DNA of 64,000 nucleotides. Source: Octopus vulgaris (Eukaryota). Of the stretch, positions 26,410-42,171 are shown piece by piece (position 1 is the stretch's first letter; the number at the start of each line of letters is the position of its first letter). The stretch lies in NCBI GenBank assembly GCA_951406725.2, contig OX597817.1:77872001-77936000 (forward strand), written 5' to 3'. The notes under the pieces were generated by a model. It did not search any database. It was not told the DNA's origin and saw only the letters and a list, made by a program, of their open reading frames with translations. The position numbers were made by a program, and so were the translations under genes.

Positions 26410-27266
26410 ATGGCAATAAAAGCCCCTTCATGGCAAATACTGGGTTAACCTAAACACAAAAGAAATAGACAAAGCAAAATCCCAGCAATGGCTGAGAAGC
26501 TCAGGACTCAAAGCAGAGACAGAGGGATTTTTAATTGCAGCACAAGACCAAAGCCTCCCCACCAGAAATTACAAAAAACATATAATGGAAAGAAACATAA
26601 CAAGTAACTGCAGAATATATGGAGATGGGCAAGAAACAATAAATTGTCTCTGGCTGCCCAGTCTTGGCTAACAAGGAATATATTCACAGACACGACAGAG
26701 TTGGGACCTACATACACTGGAAGCTATGCCAACATTATGGAATAACAACAGAAAAAAGATGGTATAGGCATATGCCAGAAAAGGTTACAGAAAACGAGAA
26801 AGCAACCATACTCTGGGATATGCCAATACACACAGATAGAGAAATTAATGACAATAGGCCAGATATAGTTGTCAGAGATCATGAAGAAAAAAATACATTC
26901 TAATTGATGTATCAATATCAACAGATGACAACGTTCTTCTAAAAGAAATGGAGAAACTTTCAAAATATAATGACCTGGAAATAGAGGTAACTCAAATGTG
27001 GAATCTAAAAACAGAAACAATTCTTATCATAGTGGGTGCATTAGGTGTGATAAAAAAATATTCAGTCAAATACATAACAAAAACATCAGGACTTACAAAT
27101 GTATATAACACACAGAAAATAGCACTACTAGGCACTGCATGCTACCTACGCAAAACACTTTCAATACAATGAAAATAAGAGCACCACAACAAACCACAGT
27201 ACATACAGTAGGCATACAGAGCTGTGCTTGGTAGTGCAGTGAAAGCACGTTATAAAGATAAGACTA

Positions 27267-27270
<4 letters not shown>
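26410..27270 (+). mobile_element. R4/Dong-clade non-LTR retrotransposon, 3' fragment (zinc knuckle plus restriction-like endonuclease), frameshifted
   Basis: KPLHGKYW..LKAETEGFLIAAQDQSLPTRNY..CRI..ETIN..SGCPVLANKEYIHRHDRV..ILWDMPIHTDREINDNRPDIVV..EKLSKYNDLEIE..IVGALG..QKIALLGT; (TAA)n on both sides. Confidence 0.9.
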
Positions 27271-27299
<29 letters not shown>

Positions 27300-27300
<1 letters not shown>

Positions 27301-27560
27301 GCACTAACGATCAAGTTAAAGTAATATGTAGTAGAAACTGAAATTGAAATGAGGGTAGAGCAAGCTCAAAAAACTGGTCTATTGGGCACAGCAAAGATTT
27401 TGAGATTGCTGCTGGGTGTTCAGTATCTTCCATGATTCTTAACATCTAGGCACCAAGTCTTACAATTCATGCAAAGGGACTCTGTGGGACCCTAATGAGA
27501 CTTTTGACAACAGCTTGCTGTCCTTTCTCACAAAATTAAGTGGAGCAAGTTGATAATAAT
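27300..27560 (+). mobile_element. Second R4/Dong-like 3' terminal fragment
   Basis: RVEQAQKTGLLGTAKILRLLLG followed by a short UTR ending in ataataataac. Confidence 0.55.
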
Positions 27561-28072
27561 AACAATAGCGAAAATAAGGATGATGATGATGATAGTAAAG
27601 TTTAATTTTGCATATTTAAAGGAAATTTTATGCTTATAAATTTTATTTTTGATAACATTTTTGAAAATATAAATAATAATGAAATATAACTAAAAATACA
27701 GTAAGAAAAAGTAAAATAAAACAAAAATGCCCAAAAAGGTAAGTTTTGTCTTTCAAAAAATAATAATAATAATAATTTTGATAATGATAATGGTAATAAT
27801 AATAGTAATGATGAATATAATAAATAATATAAAATGAATAATGCAATGTATTAAAACAAGCAAAAGAGAAAGATATTGAATGACAAGTAGGGTGTATATG
27901 ATACAACTAGTGCATCAAATCCATTATCACTTTTATCTATTATTTCTCTGTTGTATGACGCATTAGTTAAAATTTGGTGAGTGGGTGGGGCTGTGTGGTG
28001 AGACACTTTGGTTTATTTTCTTTTTTGTTATTTATTTCTATTGTTGATTTTTTTATTTCATGTTACTTGAAG

Positions 28073-28592
<520 letters not shown>

Positions 28593-28627
28593 AAAAAAAT
28601 GTATGTGTGTATATATGCACACACACA

Positions 28628-28675
<48 letters not shown>

Positions 28676-29123
28676 TTTATTTGTGTCAGTCATTTGACTG
28701 CGGCCATGCTGGAGCACCGCCTTTAGTTGAACAAATTGACCTCAGGACTTATTCTGTCAGCCTCTTTTGCCAAATTGCTAAGTTACAGGGACATACACAC
28801 ATCAACACTTGTCAAATGATAGCATCGGGCTGACTCAAACTGTCATCAAATATCCTATATATATATACAATACATGTAACTCCTACAAAATATATTAAGT
28901 GCCTCTTTTTAGAATTTTGTATACTATGAATATTTCCCTTCCTTTTCCTTGTATACCATGTATACTTACCCCACTCCTTTTTTTTATATATCATTTCATT
29001 ATATGTAAATCCCTACGCTTTGAGTCTGTTATCATATTGTCCCCTTCATCTGCTCTGGTGGCAAATAAATGAAATCGTCGTCGTCATCATGATCATGATC
29101 ATCATTATTATTATCATTATTAT

Positions 29124-29371
29124 TAAGGTGGTAAGCTGGCAGAATCGTTAGCATGCTGGCTGAAGTGCTTAGTGGCATTTTGCCCATAATTACATTCTGA
29201 GTTCAAATTCCACCAAGGTCGACTTTGCCTTTCATCCTTCCAGAGTCAATAAAATAAATACAAGTGAAACACTGGGGTTGATGTAATCAACTAGTCCCTT
29301 TCCACCAAATTTCAGGCCTTGTGCTTTTAGTAGAAAGGATTATTATTATTATTATTATTATTATTACTACT

Positions 29372-29404
<33 letters not shown>

Positions 29405-29652
29405 ATCATCATTATTATTATTAATATTATTATAAAGGAGGTGAGCTAGCAGAATCATTAGCACACTGGGCAAAATGCTTAGTGGTATTTCACCCATTAC
29501 TATGCATTGATTTCAAATTCCACTGAGGTCAGCTTTGCCTTTCATCCTTTCGGGGTCAATAAAATAATACCAGTGAAACACTAGGGCTGATGTAATCAAC
29601 TAGAACCCCTCTCCCAAAATTTCAGGCCTTGTGCCTATAGTTGAAAGGATTA
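29124..29652 (+). mobile_element. Two tandem SINE family B copies with (ATT)n tails
   Basis: 29124-29342 and 29433-29652: aaggtggtaagctggcagaatcgttagc...gttcaaattcc..ggtcgactttgcctttcatccttt...aggccttgtgcc..agaaaggattattatt. Confidence 0.88.
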
Positions 29653-29672
29653 TTATTATTATAATTATTATA

Positions 29673-29717
<45 letters not shown>

Positions 29718-29933
29718 GGTCCCTAACAACTTTAAGTTTCATAGGCTCATTACATGAACCTAACCAAACAAGCTAAGCTCCTGTAACAAACTTACAAAAC
29801 TTTAAGTTGCATCGGGCTGACTCAAACTGTCATCAAAATCCTTAAATAACAATACATGTAACTCCTACAAAATATATTAAGTGCCTTTTTCTTTTGTTTG
29901 TCCACTCTCTCATCTGTGTGTGTTTTTATATAT

Positions 29934-30772
<839 letters not shown>

Positions 30773-31434
30773 AATATGCATATGCAGCTATCTATATATG
30801 TATAAGCATATGCAGCTATCTATATATGTATATATGCATACATGTATATAGATATATATATATATTTGTATTATATTCATATACATATGTAAATACATAC
30901 ATACATACATACATACATACATACATACATACATACAAACATACATACACACACACACATACATACATACATATACAAGCATAATATGTTCAGGAGCCCT
31001 TTTTGCTAACCAAATTATTCATTCCATGAATAATTGAAATACATATAAATAGGTGTAATCCATTCTAAGCCACATCCAAACTCCATGTAAAGGCATGAAA
31101 TGATGTTTTATTTGTTCATCAATCAATTGCAAATACATAAATATGTAGCCATGTATGTGTGTGTAAGTGTCTATGTGTATTTGTGTGTGTGTGCGTATGC
31201 ATTCATGTATTTCCCACTTTGTCTTGTTTTTATTGATCCATGGTTTTACTTTTAGCAAAAAATATGAGAAATATTATTTTCTATATAACATGAAAATCTG
31301 CAAGCTACATGAAATGCACAAATGGATTCTAACAAACCATTTGTACATGCTGCCCCAGTCACTTAATACAAGCATGTGGCTTACTTGTGGTTTATTGCTT
31401 AACCCTTTAAAATTCAGATTATTCTATGATAAAT

Positions 31435-31745
31435 GACCATGGGATTGCACCTAGAAAGTTACCCTTTGAGGCATAGGTTCAGGCAAGGTTGTTTATCGAA
31501 GACCAGCAGTCACCCATGCATACCAACCTCCCTTCTCTGTGTCCCCGATGTTGTCCAAAGGAAAAGTAAAGGCCGATACAGCTTGGCACCAGTGACATTA
31601 TAACTCATTTCTACAGCTGAGTGAACTGGAGCAATGAGAAATAAAGTGTCTTGCTCAAGAACACAATGCACAAACTATTCAGGGTATCAAACTCACTATT
31701 TCATGATTGTGTGCCTGATGCTCTAACCACTGAACCATTCATCTT
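31435..31745 (-). mobile_element. SINE family D
   Basis: Reverse complement of 13660-13985. Confidence 0.8.
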
Positions 31746-31811
31746 CACACACACACGCACGCACGCACACACACACACACATACACACACACACATATAT
31801 GTATGTATATG

Positions 31812-32085
31812 TATAAAGCTGAGAATGTGTGTCGGTCTGTCTGTGTATTTGTATGTGTGTATCACTAAAACTTGCGAACTACCCAACTGATTTCATTCAG
31901 ATTTTACACATGCTTTATTTAGGGCCCAAAGCAGTGTTATGGGCCAAAAAAGGTTTAACTTCTTGCCTAAGGTGAGCCTAGAACAATCTCTTATCTCTTT
32001 TCCATATTATACACAGTTTCCGTATTACATGTCGAAAGTGAAACAATAACATCTGTATTAATACTTTCACTATTATATGGTTTCA
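31812..32085 (+). mobile_element. Non-autonomous Helitron-like element, 5' portion
   Basis: tataaagctgagaatgtgtgtc.gtctgtctg...; homologous to 55305-55562 (-), which begins a|TCtctatatatataaa. Confidence 0.55.
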
Positions 32086-32459
32086 TTTTCAATTACTTTC
32101 ATTATGTACCTATATATATTAGTTTTATTTCTATTACTTTCCCATGATTCAAAAATAGAATTCTCGAAAAAAATAGATTCCAAAATTTAAAAGCGCAAAA
32201 AATTCCAAAATTTAAAATAACGGCGTGAACTTAGTTGCCAACCCAATATATTTGCATATTGGTACTCCAGTGTATATATAAAGATAGACTAAAAAATTAA
32301 AGATAAAGAAAGTGATTTATGTTCCTTTGATAGAATAAACAGCCATGTGATTTAAGCTGTCCAATGGAACCATGAATATCTAAAAGCCACTTTCAATTTT
32401 ATTAAACTCTCTTTCCCAAACATCTGACAAGGTGAACGTGTCCTGTATCAATGTAGCTG

Positions 32460-32490
32460 CAAGTAATTTGGAGGTGCGTCAAAATGCTAT

Positions 32491-32522
<32 letters not shown>

Positions 32523-32589
32523 TGCATAAATACATTCATACATACATATTGAACACTACAAGTAATTTGGAGGTGCGTCAAAATGCTAT

Positions 32590-32621
<32 letters not shown>

Positions 32622-32656
32622 TGCATAAATACATTCATACATACATATTGAACACT
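32460..32656. repeat. Near-perfect 99-bp tandem duplication
   Basis: 32460-32557 repeated at 32559-32656 (caagtaatttggaggtgcgtcaaaatgctatc...gaacact). Confidence 0.9.
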
Positions 32657-32972
32657 TATTTAATCGACCCTGAAAGGATGAAAGGTAAAGTCGACCTTGG
32701 CGGAATTTGAACTCAGAATGTAGCAGTAGATGAAATACCTATTTCTTTACTACCCATAAGGGGCTAAACACAGTTGGGACAAACAAGGACAGATAAATGG
32801 ATTAAGTCAATTACATCGACTCCCAGTGTGTAACTGGTACTTAGTTTATCAACCCAGAAAGGATGAAAGGTAAAGTCGACCTGGCGGAATTTGAACTCAG
32901 AACGTAACGGCAGATGAAATACTGCTGAGCATTTCGCCTGGCGTGTTAACGATTCTGCCAGCTTGTTGCCTT
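32654..32972 (-). mobile_element. SINE family B, nested or partially duplicated, with alternative tail
   Basis: Two consecutive family B cores; the tail atttctttactaccc..ggggctaaacac..ggacaaacaaggacag also occurs inverted at 8380-8462. Confidence 0.78.
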
Positions 32973-32999
32973 ATACCATGAGATGAAAGGATGTGTATA

Positions 33000-33400
33000 T
33001 ATCAGCAGAAGACCATGCATTGATATGTTCAATAGAAAGCTCTGAGTTGATAATAATATTGATTACTAAAGCAGTCAATCATGGACCAACAACCAGATTC
33101 CTAACTCCCACTTTAGAGGGTATGCATTTGCAATCCAGGAACAGGAAACATCAACCAAATACTTGATGCACAAAAGGGACAGAGGTGCAGGAAAAGCAGA
33201 AAAATGTGATAACTAATGCAGACTTTATGGAGTTAACACCAAAAGTATCATTCACATCATAAGCAGTTGTCCAAAAATATCATCACAGTATTATCTACCA
33301 ATGAGACATGATGTAGCTAGAACACTCTGTAATGAAATCCACCGGAAGGATAACCCTGAGGAAAAAGAAATAAGAACCCACAGCATAGAAGGAGTACTGG
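33000..33400 (+). mobile_element. R4/Dong-like zinc-knuckle fragment (degenerate)
   Basis: From 33106: SHFRGYAFAIQEQETSTKYL...DN*CRLYG...IIHIISSCPKISSQYYLPMRHDVARTL; contains the AIQEQ, CR..HI.S.C and RHD motifs; in-frame stop. Confidence 0.75.
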
Positions 33401-33482
33401 TGGAAAGACTACAAATCCAATCCATCACAGGAACTCTAAAAATCTAAAAGTTCATCATTTAAGTATATATGATCATGTCTAG

Positions 33483-34001
<519 letters not shown>

Positions 34002-34499
34002 TATATGCATGAAAATACATGCGTAAAACAAAACTTGCAAATCTGTACATATACATACAAAAAAATACCCTGTTGGTGTTGTTGAAATTCCAATGAAGGA
34101 GCCTTGGATCTAGGTTAGAGACCAGCTCTTTCTTTATTGGCAAGAAATCTTGAAATAAAAACTGAATAATGACATACATACATGAATCTATACGTTGATA
34201 TATATTTATATGTGTGTATATGTGCATGAGTTTGTGTGAGAGGATATATATTAATGAATAAATGAATATGTGTGTGTGTGTGTGACATTTATAAAATACA
34301 GACACACATACTTGAAAGGTTAAAGATTAAACAGTTTGCTTTGCAATTACAGGATCAAGGATCTAATCCCACTGCAGGTGGCATCTTACATCTTCCATAC
34401 TGGGCAAGTACCTTTGTAACTGAAACTGAGTAAAATGTACATAATGTAGAAGACCATCAGTAAAATTCTAATAGTTCTAAGCCACTTTGTCTAAGACAC

Positions 34500-35120
34500 T
34501 TGTCCTAAGCCACTTTGACTATTGCTCTAGGCTATGGTCACCAACCAGTGTCAAATTAATCTCAGAACTTGAGGCAATCCAACGAAGCTACATGAAGCAT
34601 TTAAGCTATTGGGAAAGACTCAAGAGATTAAGACTCTATTCCTTAGAGTGTAGGTGAGAAAGATATGCCATAATATACATCTGGAAGATCCTGGAAGGAC
34701 TTGTCAAAACTTTGGCATTGAGAGTTACACAAATACTAGAACTGGGCGCCACTGCATAGTGCCAAGGACTCCAAATTTGCCATCGAGATGTAGGACAAGA
34801 TACTGCAATAGCCTGGGCTTCAGAGGTCCACAGCTCTTCAATATCCCCCAAAAGGACCTGAGAGACTTGCATGGGGTGGATGTAGGTGTCTTCAAAATAA
34901 AGCTGGATGTCTTCCTGTCAGGTGTCCCAGATGAACCAACTTTACGGCAGGAGGTGCAGATGAGGGCAGCTGCATCAAACTCTCTCATGCACCAAATGTC
35001 AATTGCTAAAAAGCATTTGTGAAGTAAAATTATGTAGCAACACCAAATGGCAGTGTCCCAGCATGGCCACAGCTCATGAGCTGAAACTAGATGAAATAAA
35101 AATAAAATAATGAAATAAAA
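34500..35120 (+). mobile_element. CR1-group LINE 3' end (ORF2 C-terminus plus 3' UTR), degenerate
   Basis: VLSHFDYCSRLWSP..SELEAIQRSY..SYWERLKRLRLYSLECR*ERYAIIYIWKILEGLV..RGPQLFN..FKIKLDVFLSGVPDEP; stop at 35020-35022, tail ending in A-rich repeats. Confidence 0.85.
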
Positions 35121-36106
35121 TAGTAATTAAAGGTTACCTGATTTTCACACTGAGGGCACACACACGCTGTCTACCAGAGTCCCTCACAACATATTAGTTG
35201 GTTTGGGGCAATAGTAAGACACTTGCTTAAGATGCCATATGGTGAAACTGAACCCCAAACCATGTGGTTTAGAAGCAAACTTCTTAACCATATTGCTATG
35301 CCTGTATATTTTCCAATGTCTAGAAATTAATATTTTTTTGTTGTTTTCTTACTTAGCTTTCTTTCATTTGCTCTGTCTGAGAAATATGCGAAATCATCAT
35401 TACGTACTTAGAAATTTATTCAACCATGACAAATCTACATATGTTGAAGATGTCTTTTTTAAAATGAAAGAAATTAGGAACTTAATATTGAGTAAATTAT
35501 CAAGCGGAAATCATTATATATATTGATCATTTATGAGCAAAAGGTTTTAAAAAATATATATAATAAATGAATTAAAATGTAAATAAAAATAAATCAGTAA
35601 ATTGTATATCTTTTTCACTGCCCTAATGAATTGTATTCTTAAGTCAAGTGATCTTCAGTGTCATGGTTCAGAAAACTGCTGCCATATATGCGTGCAATTG
35701 TGTGTGTGTGTGTAGATATATATAGACACACACATGCACATACACACAGATATAGATACATATAGATACATATAGATATGCATATATATTTATGTATACA
35801 TATCTATCTATCCATCTAAATATATATACATATATATGTATATAAGTGCATATATATATACTGATAGATAGATAGATAGATAGATGGATGGATATGTACA
35901 GACATAGATATACATGCATACATATATGTGTGCATATATATATATAAATATAAATATAAACATTTATATATACATATTATGTATGCACATAATATCATAA
36001 ATGCTATCTCACCGGTTTTATCAATATATATATATATATGTATATATATATAGGTAGATAAATAGATAGATAAATGGGTGTGTATCTGTGTATCTATGTT
36101 TGTATC

Positions 36107-36186
<80 letters not shown>

Positions 36187-36355
36187 TGACAGTTTGAGGG
36201 CTTGCATGTGTGTGAATGTCTGCTTCTGTGTTTGTGTATCTCTGGATTTCTGTTCTGTGAGATTTTTGTCTATATATGCATACGAGTGTGTATATATGTG
36301 TGTACATGAGTGCAGCAGAGAAGAAGAGACATACATAGATATACATAGATATACA

Positions 36356-36400
<45 letters not shown>

Positions 36401-36501
36401 GTGTGTGTGTGTGTGTGTGTGTGTTTTTGTATATATATATATATATACACACATACACATATTTATATATACATATTATGTATGCATATATGAACATATG
36501 A

Positions 36502-36537
<36 letters not shown>

Positions 36538-36932
36538 TATGTATATGTATACATACATATAATATATATATATATGTATATGTATACATACATATAATAT
36601 ATATATATATTATATGTATGTATACATATACACATACATGAGTTCATGCATACATGTAAATATACGTGCATGCTTGTATGAATGTTCGTGTATATGTTTG
36701 TATTTTGGTTTTGTATATGTCTGTTTGTATGTTTTCATTTCTGGACAATTTCTTTTTCTTTATCTTTCATACTAAATCCCACCTTCTTTATATATATCTG
36801 ATTGCTCTACCCTGCATATGTATATACATACATACATATATGTTTGTGTGTGTGTGTATGTATAAACATATGCTCACACATTTAAACACAAATATATATA
36901 TATACATATAAACATACATACATTCATACATA

Positions 36933-36976
<44 letters not shown>

Positions 36977-37116
36977 TATATGTGTGTATATATATATATA
37001 TATATACACACATATAATATATATATATATATGTACACACACATATATACATATACATATATATATATATATACACATATATATAATATATCCATACACA
37101 TATATATAATATATCC

Positions 37117-37155
<39 letters not shown>

Positions 37156-37888
37156 AATATATATATATTTATTACATATATCATATATACTTGCAGACAC
37201 ATCGAATGATCCCCGCTGTATTAAGACATCACAGTTTCCTGTTTAACTGGACAACAACCATTCATTTCAGATTAGTTTAGCTTGGTTTGTCTTTGTACAG
37301 CTTTGCAGGGGTTTCATACCAGAGTGTTGTCTGCAGAAACGGCAGAAGCGAAATCAAGTAATTCTTGTTATACAAGCAAACCAAATCAAATAAAATGGAT
37401 TGTAATTAGCTACAATAGAAATTAATTGAGTGAAACTCACTAAATACCCAACAAATTCTTGCAATGAAAGAAAACCATTGGGGAATGGGTGGAGGTGAAA
37501 GGAAAAAAACCCGGTTAAGGTCAAAAATCAGAGAAACCAATTCATTTAGCATGGCATATGGTGCTGCAATTACCTCAGAAGACAAGCTGACAAGCCGAAA
37601 GAAAAAGCAATCGGTGAAACTAATATATCTTTATGAAATTTATATGAGACGGAATTTAGTTGTCGACCATTAAAATATGTTTGTTGACCTGAGTAAATTA
37701 AATTGACAAGTTAACCAAAAGGGTTATTATAGCCATCAATAACTCGAGTCTCGTTTTGATTCTTGGAAATTACTGAAGAATCTGAGCATGGAGTCTGGGA
37801 TCTGAAAACTTAAGAGATAAATGGAAGCTGTTGATAAATATGTCTTCATTTTAGTAATGATTATTTGTTAGTTATATTGCATATGTAA

Positions 37889-37922
<34 letters not shown>

Positions 37923-37956
37923 CTATGTTGGTGTGTGTGTGTGTGTGTGTGTGTGC

Positions 37957-38002
<46 letters not shown>

Positions 38003-38529
38003 CAGCTTGAGGGCTTGCATGTGTGTGTATCTGTGGATTTCTGTTCCATGAGAATTTTATCTATACATGCAAATGAGTGTGTATGAGTGCATGTACATGT
38101 GTTTGTGTGTGTACGTGAGTGCAGGAGAGAGGAAGAGAGAGATAAAGAGAGAAGAAGAAGGGAGAGACAAAGCATCAGTGTCTTAGGGCTTGCACGTAAA
38201 TGAAAGTCAGCTTGTACATCAGAGTTTGGGTGCTTGTGGATTTGTATTCTATGTGTTTTTGCCTATATATATATATATGTGTGTGCTTCTGTGTGTCTGC
38301 ATGTGTGAATTTGCAGAAGTTCCCATGATTTCTGCTCTTACATATTGATTTTATACACACATGTGTGCATGCACACATACAAACACACATCAATGCACGC
38401 ATATACATGTGCATATACAAACTTACATGCATCTATATGTCTCTGCCTGTCTACCTGATCATCTACCTACCTGTCTGCTCATCTCTCACTATTATTATTA
38501 TTATTGCTGTAGTTGTTGCTGTTATTTTT

Positions 38530-38915
38530 ATCATTACCTCCGTCTTAGTGAAAATGTAGGTATTGTTTTCAGTTGTGTTTGTTTGTTTGTTCATCTGTAG
38601 ACAAAATATCTCAAGAAATACTGGATGAATTTGGATAAAACTTTCAGAGATGTTTGGTCTCATGACTAGCACAAACTCATTAGATTTGGGGATCGATCCG
38701 GTACTGAACAAGGATTCTGGATTATTTTTCTTGTTTTTTTTTACTTAATTTTTGAAAGCAGTTGGGTTCATTTTCAATATTCCCATTTGTGTGAGCAGTC
38801 GAGTTTATGTCAGATATTCTCATTTTAAAAATCGTCTCTGGCTAATTATTGAGAGGACGTTGGTATTACATTGGTATTACCTTGGCAGAGGTTTGCACTC
38901 CCTGGGTGCTCTTAT
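38530..38915 (+). mobile_element. Helentron-associated (HINE/DINE-1-like) non-autonomous element
   Basis: attacctccgtc...(GTTT)n...ttggcagaggt sub-terminal inverted repeat, then gcactc-cctg-ggtgc hairpin and TT end; homolog at 60735-61145 (-). Confidence 0.65.
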
Positions 38916-39471
38916 TATTATTATAATCCTTATTATTATTATTAAGTTGGCAACCTGGCAGAGTTCTTAACATGGCTGGGTAAAAATGCTTTGTGACATT
39001 TCGTCTGTCTTTACATTCTGAGTTCAAATTCCATCGAGGTCAATGATGCATTTCATCATTTCATGTTTAATGGTATTTTGTTTGTCGTTATATTCTGTGA
39101 CCAAATTCTGGCAAGGTTAACTATGCTTTTCATCTGTTCATAATAATAACAATAATTATGATAATAATAATAATAATAATAATAATAATGCCCTGATGCA
39201 GTACCTGATGTACTAATAATTCTGCTTTAATGATAATAGTACTGATTTCAAATTTTGGCACAAGACCAGCAGTTTTGGGGATGTGGGTAAGTTGATTACA
39301 TTGACCTCAGTGGTTAACCAGTACTTGTTTCATCAACCTTGAAAGGATGAAAAGCAAAGTTAACCTCAGTGGAATTTAAACTCAGAATGTAATGATGGAC
39401 AAAATATCACCATGCATTTTGCATGGCATGCTAACAATTCTTCCAGCTCATTGCCATGATGATGATGATGA

Positions 39472-40260
39472 TGGATGAGAAGAAGTGACACTAAGATGGA
39501 GACAGGAGCACTTATATGTGCAGCACAAGAACAAGTGTTAAGGACTAACAATGTGAAGTGTAGAATTGACAACACTACTGACAGCAATAGATGTAGAATG
39601 TGTGGTAAGAGGGGTGAAATGGTATGGCACATCATTAGTGAATGCCAAAAATTGGCATGACACAATTACAGAAGATAAAATAACAATGTGGCTAGAATGT
39701 TCCATTGGGAGCTCTGTGGAAATCATAGCCTACAAAGAGCAAAAACGTTGTATGTACAAACCTCAGGAGACACTGAGAATGAAGATTGTAAAATTCTGTG
39801 GGATGAAATGATTCAGTGTGATCACCTGACCAGACATTGGAAACTGAACATTATTGTGGAGAATAAAAAAAAACCTGCATGATAATCGACATAGTATGTC
39901 GCGGTGACAACAAGATCAAAGAAAAAGAAGAATTAAAACTGAACAACTAGAATGATTTGAAGTGGGAAATATGAAGGTTGTGGTCAGTGAGGAGAGTTGA
40001 TATGATACAAATAGTAACTGGCATATTTGGGAGTCTCAGCACACAACTACCAATGTGGCTCAGACAGATGGGTACAAATGTAAGGATAGCATCCCCATAA
40101 AATTCAGCATTGCTTGGAACTCCAAGAATTCTTTGCAGAGTTCTTGAAGCATGACCAGTAAACAAGTGTCATCTAAGCCAGCTGGTTGTGGACAGCTGAC
40201 CCTTTCCATCATACCCAGTGAAATAAGCTGAGAGTTTTCATCTAATAACAATAATAATAA
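39472..40260 (+). mobile_element. R4/Dong-clade 3' fragment, different family from 26410
   Basis: WMRRSDTKMETGALICAAQEQVLRTN..RCRMCGKRGEMVWHIISECQKLA..ILWDEMIQCDH..ALLGTPRILCRVLEA*; ends in (AAT)n. Confidence 0.87.
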
Positions 40261-40509
40261 GGGTTTTAAATTTTACCACAAGGGCAGCAATTTTGGGGTA
40301 GGGGATGAATCGATTATATTGACCCGTTCTCAACTGGCACTTATTTAATCAACCTGGGAAGGATGATAGGCTAAGATGACCTTGGAAGAATTTGACCTCA
40401 GAATGTAGCAACGGGCAAAGTACTGTTAAGCATTTTGTCCAGTGCACTAACAATTCTGCCAGCCTTAATAATAATAATTCTACTAATAATAATAATCCTT
40501 TTTATTATT

Positions 40510-40665
40510 GGCAGTGGTTGGCATTAGGAAGAGCATCCAGCTGTAGAAACTCTGCCAGATCAGATTGGAGCCTGGTGCAGCCATCTGGTTCACCAGTTCT
40601 CAGTCAAATTGTCCAACCCATGCTAGCATGGAAAGTGGATGTTAAACGATGATGATGATGATGAT
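40510..40665 (+). mobile_element. Family C 3' fragment inserted in a SINE B
   Basis: gtggttggcattaggaagagcatccagctgtagaaac...gttaaacgatgatgatg. Confidence 0.75.
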
Positions 40666-41140
40666 GCACAAGGTTTTAAAATTTGAGGAAGGGGGATAGT
40701 CAATTACATCGACCCCAGTACTCAACTGGTACTTGGTTTACTGACCCCGAAAGGATAAAAGATAAAGTCGATTTGAACTCAGAACATAGCAACAGGGGAA
40801 ATACCACTAAGGAGTTTGCGTATGTATGTGTCTGTTTATGTTCTGACTGTCTTTGATTTTACTTTGTTCCGTCACTTTGATTAAGCAAGATTAATGATTA
40901 AACATGCTTCAACCTTGACCATTTTTGTCCTTTTGTAAATTTAGAATTCCATTATACAGAGTGTCCTTCATTTTCCAAGACATCATGGTGTGACATTTCT
41001 AGACAGATTTCAGCTGCTATTTCTAGCATCAAGAGTGGTCTTTGTAGAAAAAGTCTCTCTTTGAAGCGTATAACTTTGCTTATGTACAGGTGCATACGTA
41101 AGTTATGCATATTATGTGTGTGTGCATATATGATAAGAAA

Positions 41141-41174
<34 letters not shown>

Positions 41175-41409
41175 GTGTGTGTACATTGGTTGATTTTTGA
41201 AATTATGTAGGAGTTTAGTTCCTCCCACTGACGCTGGCTCCAATAATGTCATCCCCTAAGCCGACACCTATAAAATTTCACAGTCTGTTGGTTAGAGATG
41301 GGGGGTGGGGTTGAGTGGAGGGTTAGGGGTGGGGTTGGTTGGGCTCTGCAATTTAGGTGAGTGTTAAATAGGTAAGCTTACCCAAGTGATGAAAAGTAAG
41401 GTAGGAGGT

Positions 41410-41446
<37 letters not shown>

Positions 41447-41995
41447 AAGAAAGAGAGACAGGACAAAGAGAAAAGGTGATGGAGAAGGAGAATGCAAAGA
41501 AAAGAAAGAAGGAAGTAAAGATATGGAGGGGAAGTTGGGGGAGTATTAAACAAGATAAGATGATTTGCTGAGGAAGTGAGAGAGAGAGAGAGGGAGATAG
41601 CGAGAGTGCAAGTGAGAGGGTGAGCTGTGAGAGTCAAAAGATAAATGGTGACAACCCGCCGCCAATGAATACCACTGAGAAAAACAATATCGAAAATAAT
41701 AACAGGAATTATAATTACAAAATGAGAGAGAGTCAGAGAAAGAGAGAAACAGAGAGAGAGAGAGAATGAAATGGGGGAGAGAGTAAGAGAGAATAAGAGA
41801 GAGTGAAAGACAGAGAGAGAGAATGGGGGAGATGGAGAAAGGGAAAAGTTTCAGTTTAAAAAACCTCAAAACAAATAAAAACATGGATTGAAAACTATCT
41901 GCACATGCATGAACATAGACACAGATATATATATATGCACACATGCATAAACATACACACACATATATATGCAAATACATACATACATACATACA

Positions 41996-42027
<32 letters not shown>

Positions 42028-42125
42028 CGTGTGTGTGTGTGTGTATATATCTATCTATCTGACACACACTCTCCCTCTCTCTCTCACTTTTTATACATAC
42101 ATACATACATACATACATACATACA

Positions 42126-42171
<46 letters not shown>

